Of a stretch of DNA of 64,000 nt, positions 27,431-35,483 are shown piece after piece. The stretch covers positions 1,257 through 65,256 of the forward strand of contig DATJFY010000071.1 in NCBI GenBank assembly GCA_035495415.1, read 5' to 3'. A model generated the notes under the pieces. That model worked only from the letters and a program-made list of their open reading frames with translations, made no database searches and was not told the DNA's origin. The position numbers and the translations under genes were made by a program. How positions within the stretch are numbered: the first letter of the stretch is position 1; every line of letters starts with the position of its first letter. The DNA comes from Verrucomicrobiia bacterium. Lineage in GTDB: Bacteria; Methylomirabilota; Methylomirabilia; Rokubacteriales; CSP1-6.

Positions 27431-28580
27431 GCCGATCATCGACGATCCGCGCATCGAGCGGCACATCGTCCGGTCGGAGGTCATCAGCAAGGTCGCGGGT
27501 GGGGTGGTTCACAACTTCAACAATATCCTGTCCGTGCTGCTCGGGCGCGTGGAGCTCCTGCTCGGGCAGGTTGACAAGGGCGCGGTGGACGCCGGCCAGC
27601 TCCGCAAGGGACTCGTCTCCATCCAGAAGGGGGCCCTCGACGCGGCCGAGCTGCTGAAGCGCCTGCGCGACATCGCGCGGCCCCCGCAAGACGTCGCGTG
27701 CTCCGTGTTCGACTTGAACGCCGCGGTGGCCGACGCGGTGGAGTTCATCCAGCCCCACCTCGTCACCGTTGCCCAGGGCCAGGGGATCTCGGTGCGCGTG
27801 ACCTCGCGCCTCTCCACCGTCGCGGTTCTCATCTCCGGCCAATCGAGCGCGCTCCGCGAGGTGCTGGTCAACCTGATCCTCAACGCCATCGAGGCGATGC
27901 CCGAGGGGGGTGAGGTCAGCGTGGAGACCGCGCGCGAGGGGAGCCAGGCGGTCCTCCGCGTCACCGACACCGGCGTCGGCATACCGGAGGAGGTGCGCTC
28001 GCGCGTCTTCACGCCGTTCTTCACCACCAAGCCGGCGGGAAACACCGGGCTCGGGCTCTCGTCGGCGAAGGATCTCGTGACGAGCCACGGCGGCACCATC
28101 GCGGTGGCGAGCGAGCTCGGCCGAGGCACCACCTTCACCATCGTCCTGCCCTGCGCGGAGAGCCGTCAGCCGCGGGCAGTGGCGCCCGCGGCTCTGCGGC
28201 TGCGCGCGGGCCTGCGGGTCCTCGTGGTGGACGACCAGCGCGAGCTGCGCGACATCCTGCGCGAGTTCCTGAGCGAGCTCGGCTGCCAGCCGACCCTCGT
28301 GGGCAGCGGGAAGGCCGGCCTCGACGCCGTGGAGAGGGAGATCTTCGACGTGGTCCTCACCGACCTGCTCCTGCCCGGGGCGAGCGGGTGGGAGATCGCG
28401 CGCGCGGCCAAGCGGAGGTCGCCCGGCTGTCGTGTGGTGCTCATGTCGGGCAAGGCCATCCCCGACGGGCTGCGCGTGGAGGCCCTGGTGGACGCCACGC
28501 TCATGAAGCCGGTCGACCTCGGCCACCTTCGCACGGTCATCGCCGAAGTGCTCGACGAGCCCTCGCCCTCGCTGAGTTGA
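27423..28580 (+). CDS. Soluble hybrid histidine kinase (HisKA, HATPase, REC) without a recognisable sensor domain
   Basis: 385 aa. Overlaps the upstream kinase by 8 nt. H-box VVHNFNNILSVLLG. DTGVGIP, NTGLGLSSAKD. REC: VLVVDDQ, DVVLTDLLLPGASG, LMKP. Confidence 0.9.
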   Translation: MSRPIIDDPRIERHIVRSEVISKVAGGVVHNFNNILSVLLGRVELLLGQVDKGAVDAGQLRKGLVSIQKGALDAAELLKRLRDIARPPQDVACSVFDLNAAVADAVEFIQPHLVTVAQGQGISVRVTSRLSTVAVLISGQSSALREVLVNLILNAIEAMPEGGEVSVETAREGSQAVLRVTDTGVGIPEEVRSRVFTPFFTTKPAGNTGLGLSSAKDLVTSHGGTIAVASELGRGTTFTIVLPCAESRQPRAVAPAALRLRAGLRVLVVDDQRELRDILREFLSELGCQPTLVGSGKAGLDAVEREIFDVVLTDLLLPGASGWEIARAAKRRSPGCRVVLMSGKAIPDGLRVEALVDATLMKPVDLGHLRTVIAEVLDEPSPSLS

Positions 28581-28642
28581 GTTCCGCGCCGCGAGGCCAT
28601 ACACTGGCCCGCGATGCGCGACCACGCCGAACCCGCGCCCCG

Positions 28643-29404
28643 ATGATCCTCGTGTCGTGGAACGTCAACGGGCTCCGCGCCGCCTGGAAGAAGGGCTTCG
28701 TGGATTTCCTGGAGTCCCAGAAGGCGGACGTGGTCTGCGTGCAGGAGACGAAGGTGCAGGCCGAGCAGCTCACCGAGGAGATGCGCGCGGTGGGCGGCTA
28801 CCGCTCGTACTGGAGCTTCGCCGAGAAGAAAGGCTACAGCGGCGTGGCAACCTACCTCCACGAGGAGCCCGTCCACGTCGGGACCACCTTCAGCTCGCCC
28901 GCCCTCGATGTCGAGGGCCGCGTCGTGCACCTCGAGCTGCGGGACTTCCACCTCCTGAACGTGTACTTCCCCAACGGCGGGATGGGGCCAGAGCGGCTCG
29001 CCCACAAGCTCACGTTCTACGACGAGTTCCTCGTGCTGACCGAGGGGCTCCGCAAGGGGGGCAAGGGCGTCATCGTCTGCGGGGACGTCAATACCGCCCA
29101 CACCGAGATCGATCTCGCCCGTCCCAAGGAGAACGAGAAGACCTCGGGCTTCATGCCGGAGGAACGGGCCTGGGTGGCCAAGTTCATCGCGACGGGTTAC
29201 TGCGACACCTTCCGACTCTTCAGTCAGGAGTCGGGGCACTACACCTGGTGGGACATGAAAACGGGCGCGCGCGCCCGGAACGTCGGCTGGCGCATCGACT
29301 ACTTCTTCGTCTCGGAGGAGCTTCGCGGGCGGGTCAAGGCCGCCGGCATCCTGCCGGCGGTCCAGGGCTCGGACCACTGCCCCATCACGCTCGTCCTGGA
29401 CTGA
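28643..29404 (+). CDS. xthA: Exodeoxyribonuclease III
   Basis: 253 aa. ILVSWNVNGLRA, VVCVQETK, NVYFPNGG, CGDVNTAH, WRIDYFF, SDHCPI. Confidence 0.9.
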   Translation: MILVSWNVNGLRAAWKKGFVDFLESQKADVVCVQETKVQAEQLTEEMRAVGGYRSYWSFAEKKGYSGVATYLHEEPVHVGTTFSSPALDVEGRVVHLELRDFHLLNVYFPNGGMGPERLAHKLTFYDEFLVLTEGLRKGGKGVIVCGDVNTAHTEIDLARPKENEKTSGFMPEERAWVAKFIATGYCDTFRLFSQESGHYTWWDMKTGARARNVGWRIDYFFVSEELRGRVKAAGILPAVQGSDHCPITLVLD

Positions 29405-29425
29405 GCGTGAGGGGCCGGGTCGCCG

Positions 29426-30040
29426 CTAGCGGACGGCGGCGGCGCGCTCGAGACGGTCCAGGGTGGCCCCTTCGAGGCCACCCGTCTTCAGCTTCCGCAC
29501 GAGGTCCTCGTAGGACCCCTTCGAGATGATGCGGTTGAACTGGCTCCGGTAGTTGCCCACGAAGCTCACACCCTCGATGAGCACGTCGTAGACCGCCCAC
29601 CGCGAGTTGACGAGATGGAGGCGATAGGCGAGCGCCATCTCGGTGCCGCGCCCCATGATCTTGGAGCGCACGGTGGCGTACTCGCCGTCCACCGTCTCGC
29701 CGAGATAGATGATCCGCTCGCCCGTGTAGTTCTCGAGCTTGGCGATGTACGAGCGCTCGAGGAGATCGCGGAAGAGCGAGACGAACTCCTCGCGCTCGCC
29801 CGGCGTGCGCTCACTCCAGTGACGGGCCAGGGTCCGGCGGGCCATCTCCGGAAAGTCGAAGAGACGGCCGGCCACCCGCCGGATCTCACTGCGCCGCTTC
29901 TCGGCGCCATCGGGATGACCCGCGTCGTAGTCCTGCACGACCTGCACCACCTGCTCGATACCCGACTGCACCACCTCGGTCGGACTCGGCGTGGCCATCG
30001 GCGCCATCGCCAGGAGCATCAACGCCAGGGCCTTCTGCAT
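29426..30040 (-). CDS. MlaC/Ttg2D-family periplasmic lipid-binding protein
   Basis: ATG at 30040. Signal peptide MQKALALMLLAMAPMA. FDFPEMARRTLARHW, REEFVSLFRDLLERSYI, WAVYDVLIEGVSFVGNYRSQF. Confidence 0.8.
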   Translation of the reverse strand: MQKALALMLLAMAPMATPSPTEVVQSGIEQVVQVVQDYDAGHPDGAEKRRSEIRRVAGRLFDFPEMARRTLARHWSERTPGEREEFVSLFRDLLERSYIAKLENYTGERIIYLGETVDGEYATVRSKIMGRGTEMALAYRLHLVNSRWAVYDVLIEGVSFVGNYRSQFNRIISKGSYEDLVRKLKTGGLEGATLDRLERAAAVR

Positions 30041-30269
30041 GACCACCCTCCCCGGGTTCTGTGTCGGCGGCCCTGCGAGCGGCGCCGCCGCCGCACCTAT
30101 GGGAGAGCACGAGGGATGCCAGGCCGCCGGTTGATCCAAGATATTGGAAACACGCGGGTTTTCGGGCCTGTCCCCGCGGCGTCCCGTCATCCCCGGGACA
30201 GCTCCCGTCAGACCGCGGACAGCCCGGCGGACCGCGGTTGCCGCCCCCCTCGCGTGCTATTGTGCGGGG

Positions 30270-31478
30270 ATGCCCCAGACCGCGGACGTCACCATCGTCG
30301 GCGCCGGCATCGTCGGCCTCGCCACTGCCGTGAACCTGACCGAGCGGCATCCGCGGGCGCGTGTGGTCGTGCTCGACAAAGAGCCGCAGATCGCCACCCA
30401 TCAGACCGGTCACAACTCGGGCGTGATCCACTCCGGGATTTACTACAAGCCCGGCTCGTTCAAGGCGCGCCTCTGCGTCGAGGGCGCGCGGCTCATGACC
30501 CAGTTCTGCGACGCCCATGGGATCGGCTATGAGCGCTGCGGCAAGGTCATCGTGGCCACGAGCGACGAGGAGATCCCGCGCCTCGATGCGCTCCATGAGC
30601 GCGGCACCGCCAACGGCGTCCCCGGGCTCAAGCTGGTCTCCGGCGACGAGATCCGCGAGTGGGAGCCACATGTCCGCGCGGTGCGGGGCATGCTCTCGCC
30701 TGCGACCGGCATCGTCGACTACACCGAGGTCGCCAAGCGCATGGCCGCCCTCATCGGCCAGCGGGGCGCCGAGGTGAAGACGGGGGCGGGCGTCCGGGCC
30801 ATCCGCCGGGATGGCGGCACGCTCGTCCTCGAGACCGAGGCCGGCCCGGTGGCCACGAGCTATCTCATCAACTGTGCGGGACTTCATTCCGACCGTGTGG
30901 CCGCGCTCATGGGCATCCGCCCGGAGGTGCAGATCATTCCCTTTCGCGGCGAGTACTACATGCTCCGGCCGGAGCGCCGCTCGCTCGTGCGCGGGCTCAT
31001 CTACCCCGTCCCGGACCCGCGGTTCCCGTTCCTCGGGGTCCACTTCACCCGCACCATCCACGGCGACGTCGAGGCCGGCCCGAATGCGGTGCTCGCGCTC
31101 GCGCGCGAGGGCTACACGATGCGCACGGTGCGGATCGGGGAAGCCCTGCGCACGTTCACGTATCGCGGTTTCTGGCACATGGGCCGGCGCTACTGGAAGA
31201 TGGGCGCCTACGAGGTCTACCGCTCGATGAGCAAGGCCGCCTTCGTGGCCTCCCTCCAGCGGCTCGTGCCCGCGATCCAGGCCACCGACATCGCGCCCGG
31301 CGGCGCGGGGGTGCGCGCGCAGGCGGTGAGCCCGGACGGCTCGCTGGTGGACGACTTCAAGATCAGTCAGACCGAGGGCGCCATCCACGTGTTGAATGCG
31401 CCCTCGCCGGCGGCCACTGCGTCGCTCGCCATCGGCCGGCACATCGCGGGTCTCGCCGCGGAGTCGTTCCGCCTCTAG
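30270..31478 (+). CDS. lhgO: L-2-hydroxyglutarate oxidase (FAD-dependent)
   Basis: DVTIVGAGIVGLATA, HQTGHNSGVIHSGIYYKPGS, INCAGLHSD, HVLNAPSPAATAS. Confidence 0.85.
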   Translation: MPQTADVTIVGAGIVGLATAVNLTERHPRARVVVLDKEPQIATHQTGHNSGVIHSGIYYKPGSFKARLCVEGARLMTQFCDAHGIGYERCGKVIVATSDEEIPRLDALHERGTANGVPGLKLVSGDEIREWEPHVRAVRGMLSPATGIVDYTEVAKRMAALIGQRGAEVKTGAGVRAIRRDGGTLVLETEAGPVATSYLINCAGLHSDRVAALMGIRPEVQIIPFRGEYYMLRPERRSLVRGLIYPVPDPRFPFLGVHFTRTIHGDVEAGPNAVLALAREGYTMRTVRIGEALRTFTYRGFWHMGRRYWKMGAYEVYRSMSKAAFVASLQRLVPAIQATDIAPGGAGVRAQAVSPDGSLVDDFKISQTEGAIHVLNAPSPAATASLAIGRHIAGLAAESFRL

Positions 31479-31518
31479 TGCCGGCGGCCACGCGCGGCCG
31501 CGGATGCCGCGTCGGGCT

Positions 31519-31920
31519 TCACTCCTTCGGCGGCTGCTTCGCGCGGTCCTCGGCGGTGCGCGCTCGATCCTCGGCCTCGAGCATCCGGGCGGCGAGCTGC
31601 TTGATCAGCGCGAGGGCGAGGGCGGGATTCGAGCGCACGAGGTGCTCGAGCCGGTTGGACGGGATCAGGAGAAGGGTGACGGCGTCGACGGCGACCGCGT
31701 CGGCCGAGCGCGGCGCGTTGCGGAACAGCGCGAGGTCGCCCAGCAGATCGCCCTTGCCGAGCACGCGCAGCACGCGGTCTTGACCCCCGAACTGCCGCCG
31801 GATCTCGACCTTGCCCTCGTGGACCATGAAGGCCTCGCCCTTGGCGTCGTCTCCCTCGCGGAAGATGAACTCGCCGGGCTTGAAGGTCTTGGACGGGACG
31901 TCGCCGATCTGACGGCTCAT
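31519..31920 (-). CDS. Stand-alone cyclic-nucleotide-binding (CAP effector) domain protein
   Basis: 133 aa. FKPGEFIFREGD...GDLLGDLALF...RSADAVAVDAVTLLLI. Confidence 0.8.
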   Translation of the reverse strand: MSRQIGDVPSKTFKPGEFIFREGDDAKGEAFMVHEGKVEIRRQFGGQDRVLRVLGKGDLLGDLALFRNAPRSADAVAVDAVTLLLIPSNRLEHLVRSNPALALALIKQLAARMLEAEDRARTAEDRAKQPPKE

Positions 31921-31962
31921 GCGTGGCCCTCGGTCCTGAGGAGTGGTATAAGATGAACTGTC

Positions 31963-33594
31963 GTGGCCCCTATGGTACGCCTGATTACCCTGGTGGTGAC
32001 AAGCCTCCTGGGCCTTTTCCACGGGATTTCCTCGCCACTCGCTGCCGAACGGGGCCTCACCATCCAGGAAGTCTTCCTCCGTGCCAAGCCGGCGGTCGTT
32101 CTCGTGATCGCGGAAGTGAATGCGGAGGTCACGCTCGACTGCGGCGGCGGCACTCAGACCGTGACGCCGCCGGTGTTCCGCGAAACGGGCACCGGCTGGT
32201 TCGTCGACGGGCGCGGATGGATCATCACCAACGGGCACGTCATCCAGCCGGCGTATTCGCCCCCGCGCTGGCTGATCAACCAGCAAGCGCAGCGGGCGGT
32301 GTCCACCGCCTGCCTCCCGAAGGCTCTGGCGCAGAAGGGCGTGAACCCGGGGGAGCGGCCGGAGGTCGAGGACGCGATCAAGCGGAAGGTCCTCGACGCA
32401 GTGCTGCCCACGACGAAGGTGAAGCTGACGCCACAGGTCACCGTCCTGGTATCCAACGGTGCGCGGCTCAAGTCCGAGGTCGTGAAGTACAGTCCCCCCG
32501 TGAGCGCCGAGCCCGGCACCATGTCCGGCCGCGACCTGGCGCTCCTCAAGGTCCCCGGCGAGGTCTTCCCGGTCCTTCCTCTCGTCGATAGCCGCAACGT
32601 GCAGATCGGCGACCCGCTGCACATCCTGGGCTTCCCGGGGGTCGTGCTCTCTCACGAGCTCCTCAACAAGTCGGCCTCCATGGAGGCCTCCGTCACCAAC
32701 GGCGCGGTGTCCGGGCTCAAGGAGGACGTCTCGAATCAGCCGGTGATCCAGACGGACGCCCCGGCGGCCTGGGGCAACTCCGGCGGGCCGGCGGTGACTC
32801 AGCGGGGCCAGGTGGTGGGCGTGCTGACGTTCGTCTCGCTGGCGCCGGGCGCCGAGGGCTCCATCGTCCAGGGCTTCAACTTCGTCATTCCGGCCGACGC
32901 CGTCCGCGAGTTCGTGAAGGGGACCCCGGTGCAGCTCTCGGGCACGAGCAAGTTCAACGAGGCCTGGTACGCGGCGCTCCGCGGCTTCTTCACCGAGGAC
33001 TACTCGGGCGCCGTCCGCGAGATGGAACGCGCGAATCAGCTCGTGCCCAACCTTCCCGACGTCAAGCGTCAGCTCGTGGAGGCGCGCGAGCTGGTGAGGA
33101 ACCCGCCGCCCCGGCCCTTCCCTTGGTTCTGGGTGGCAATCGGCGTGACCTTCCTGAGCGGGGCCGGGTGGGGAGTCCAGTTTTTGCGACGCTGGCAGAA
33201 GAACCGGTACCGGGTCTCGCCGTCGGACGTCATCAAGTTCCTGGAGGATGGCAAGCAGCCCCAGATCCTCGACGTGCGGACGGCCGCAGCGTACGACACG
33301 CTGCCGCTCAAGATCCCCGGCTCCATTCGCCTCGCACCTGAAGAGCTCGCGAGCGGGGTGAGCGGGCTCGAGCTCGATCTCCAGCGGCCGGTCGTCGCCT
33401 ACTGCACGTCGCCCGACGAGCAGACGAGCTCCAAGGTCGCCAAGGCGCTGCGCAAGCTCGGCTTCAAGACCGTGCTGGTGCTCAGGGGCGGGCTCGGGGC
33501 GTGGACCAACGCGGGACTCCCCATCGAGAGCCGCTCGGACGTCTCCGCGGTGGGGCTGGAGCTCTACAAGGCACTGGCGGGCGGCAACGCGTAA
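31963..33594 (+). CDS. Trypsin-like (S1) serine protease, TM segment, rhodanese-domain fusion
   Basis: Signal peptide. Triad contexts IITNGHVI, GRDLALLKV, WGNSGGP. TM FPWFWVAIGVTFLSGAGWGVQFL. Rhodanese ILDVRTAAAY...VVAYCTSPDEQTS...GGLGAW. Start is 31963 (GTG) or 31972 (ATG). Confidence 0.85.
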   Translation: MAPMVRLITLVVTSLLGLFHGISSPLAAERGLTIQEVFLRAKPAVVLVIAEVNAEVTLDCGGGTQTVTPPVFRETGTGWFVDGRGWIITNGHVIQPAYSPPRWLINQQAQRAVSTACLPKALAQKGVNPGERPEVEDAIKRKVLDAVLPTTKVKLTPQVTVLVSNGARLKSEVVKYSPPVSAEPGTMSGRDLALLKVPGEVFPVLPLVDSRNVQIGDPLHILGFPGVVLSHELLNKSASMEASVTNGAVSGLKEDVSNQPVIQTDAPAAWGNSGGPAVTQRGQVVGVLTFVSLAPGAEGSIVQGFNFVIPADAVREFVKGTPVQLSGTSKFNEAWYAALRGFFTEDYSGAVREMERANQLVPNLPDVKRQLVEARELVRNPPPRPFPWFWVAIGVTFLSGAGWGVQFLRRWQKNRYRVSPSDVIKFLEDGKQPQILDVRTAAAYDTLPLKIPGSIRLAPEELASGVSGLELDLQRPVVAYCTSPDEQTSSKVAKALRKLGFKTVLVLRGGLGAWTNAGLPIESRSDVSAVGLELYKALAGGNA

Positions 33595-33602
33595 GCGGCC
33601 GA

Positions 33603-33755
33603 TCAGCCGCCCATGCGCTTCAGCAGCCCCTGCACATCGGCGTCAGCCGCGAGCTTCTGGTCCAGGCGGGTCGCGCGGAGCGCGCTGACCCGCGCGTCGT
33701 CCCGCCGCCCCATGCCCTCGTAGGTCAGCGCGAGATGGTAGTGAAACGTGCCCAC
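33603..33755 (-). CDS. Possible 50-aa TPR-fragment ORF or gene remnant
   Basis: GTG at 33755 lies 20 nt after the ggt stop. FHYHLALTYEGMGRRDDARVSALRATRLD resembles a single TPR. Weak support. Confidence 0.25.
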   Translation of the reverse strand: MGTFHYHLALTYEGMGRRDDARVSALRATRLDQKLAADADVQGLLKRMGG

Positions 33756-33775
33756 GCTGGGGGCGCGCGTCGCCG

Positions 33776-35416
33776 CTAATAGCCCAGCGCGCCGCCGTCC
33801 GCTCGGGGGTCGGAGCCGCCGCAGAGGCCGCCTTCGGCCTTGTCCAGCCAGATGGCGTGGGCATGGCCGAAGAGGTCGTCCCACTCCTCACCCCGCTTCA
33901 CGTCGTGGCCCCGCTCCGAGAGGTCCCGGGCGAGGGACACGGGGTAGCGGCCCTCGAGGCTGAGCGCGCGCGTCGCCACCCCCCATGTGCGCCCATAGAG
34001 CCAGCGCGGCGCCTCGACGCAGGCCTGGGTGCCATGGCCACGGCGGAGCCGGCGGGTGAGCAGCGCCGCCTGAGTCTGCGGCTGGCCCTCGCCGCCCATC
34101 GTGCCGTAGACCATGCGGGGGCGGCCGCCCTCGAGATACATCGAGGGGATCAGCGTGTGCATGGTGTGCTTGCGCGGCGCCAGCGCGTTCACGTGCCGCG
34201 GATCGAGGGAGAAGAACGCGCCGCGATTCTGCAGGACGATGCCGGTGTCCCCGGCCAGCAGACCGGAGCCGAACGTGTAGTAGAGCGACTGGATCACGGA
34301 TACCGCGTTGCCGGCGCCATCCGCGGTGACGATCGCGATGGTGTCCCCGCCCGCGGCGGCGGCGGCCTCCGGCGCCATCGCGCGCCGGCGCGAGATCCGG
34401 CCGCGAAGCCGCGCGAGGCGCTCGGGCGCGAGCAGCTCCGCCGGCGCCGCCGCCATCGCGGCCGGGTCCGTCAGGTGCCGGTCACGATCGGCGAAGGCGA
34501 GCTTGATCGCTTCCACCAGGACGTGGATGTAGTCGGCTTCCTCGAGCCCGGCGAGGTCGAAGCCCTCCGCGAGACCCAGGAGGGCGAGGGCCGACATGCC
34601 CTGGGTCGGCGGCGGGAAGCTCGCCGCCATGCCACCGCCGAAGGGCAGCATGAGCGGCTCTACCCACTCGGACCGATGCGCGGCCAGGTCCTCCGCGCTC
34701 AGCGGGCTGCCCGCGGCGGCGGCGGCGGCGGCCAGGCTACGCGCCAGCTCGCCTCGGTAGAAGCCCTCGGGCCCGCCGTCGCGAATCATCTCCAGCGAGC
34801 GCGCGAGATTCCTCTGCACAAGCGGCCCCCGCGCCAGCGCGTCGGGATGATAGAGCGGCCAGAGATCGCGCCGGATCTCGGCGCTGGCGCTGGGGCCGAA
34901 CAGGTCCGGCTCGCGGGGGGGAGGCCGCCGCTGGCCCGCCGAGGCGGAGAAGCCGCCCGCGGCGTAGGCGATGGCGTCGGCGAGGAGATCGTCCCAGCCG
35001 AGCGGCGAGCCCATGGCGGTCGCGCTATAGCGGTGCGCCTGCCACCAGCCATCCACCGCGCCGGGCACGGTGAGGGCGGCCAGTCCGCCGCGCGCGGGAA
35101 TGGCGTCGCGGACCCCGCGCGCGGCGTACCAGTCGATGCTGGCCGCGGCCGCCGAGCGGCCGGCCCCACCGAGCGCCAGCAGCCGCCCGGCCTTCGCGTC
35201 CCAGATCAGCCAGAAGTTGTCGCCGCCGATCCCGTTCATGTGCGGATACACCACCGCAATGGTGGCGGCGGCCGCGATGGCGGCGTCCAGGGCATTGCCG
35301 CCGGCGCGCAGCGCAGCGACGCCGGACTGGGAGGCGAGGAGATGCGGCGCGGCCACCATGCCGCGCGGCCCGCGCGCTTCGGGCCAGCGGGTAGGGGCGA
35401 GCTCGTCGGGGGACAT
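33776..35416 (-). CDS. ggt: Gamma-glutamyltransferase family protein
   Basis: ATG at 35416 within ORF 33776..35857. GGNALDAAIAAA, NGIGGDNF, nucleophile context GGDTIAIVTADGAGNAVS, MGGEGQPQ. Confidence 0.9.
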   Translation of the reverse strand: MSPDELAPTRWPEARGPRGMVAAPHLLASQSGVAALRAGGNALDAAIAAAATIAVVYPHMNGIGGDNFWLIWDAKAGRLLALGGAGRSAAAASIDWYAARGVRDAIPARGGLAALTVPGAVDGWWQAHRYSATAMGSPLGWDDLLADAIAYAAGGFSASAGQRRPPPREPDLFGPSASAEIRRDLWPLYHPDALARGPLVQRNLARSLEMIRDGGPEGFYRGELARSLAAAAAAAGSPLSAEDLAAHRSEWVEPLMLPFGGGMAASFPPPTQGMSALALLGLAEGFDLAGLEEADYIHVLVEAIKLAFADRDRHLTDPAAMAAAPAELLAPERLARLRGRISRRRAMAPEAAAAAGGDTIAIVTADGAGNAVSVIQSLYYTFGSGLLAGDTGIVLQNRGAFFSLDPRHVNALAPRKHTMHTLIPSMYLEGGRPRMVYGTMGGEGQPQTQAALLTRRLRRGHGTQACVEAPRWLYGRTWGVATRALSLEGRYPVSLARDLSERGHDVKRGEEWDDLFGHAHAIWLDKAEGGLCGGSDPRADGGALGY

Positions 35417-35422
35417 GACGGA

Positions 35423-35459
35423 AGAGGCCGGGCTCCGATGATAGAGGAGCCCGGCCTCT
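35423..35459 (-). terminator. Perfect 14-bp stem-loop between nrdJ and ggt (terminator-like, no U tract)
   Basis: AGAGGCCGGGCTCC, 9-nt loop, GGAGCCCGGCCTCT. Confidence 0.45.
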
Positions 35460-35483
35460 CTGGCTAGCGCGGAGGGGCGTCGA

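Noticed and set aside
33603-33884. Full 93-aa minus-strand ORF overlapping the 3' end of ggt
   Set aside because: The upstream ~40 codons overlap ggt in another frame and are Arg/Pro-rich. Only the distal 50 codons (TPR-like) are kept, as a low-confidence feature.
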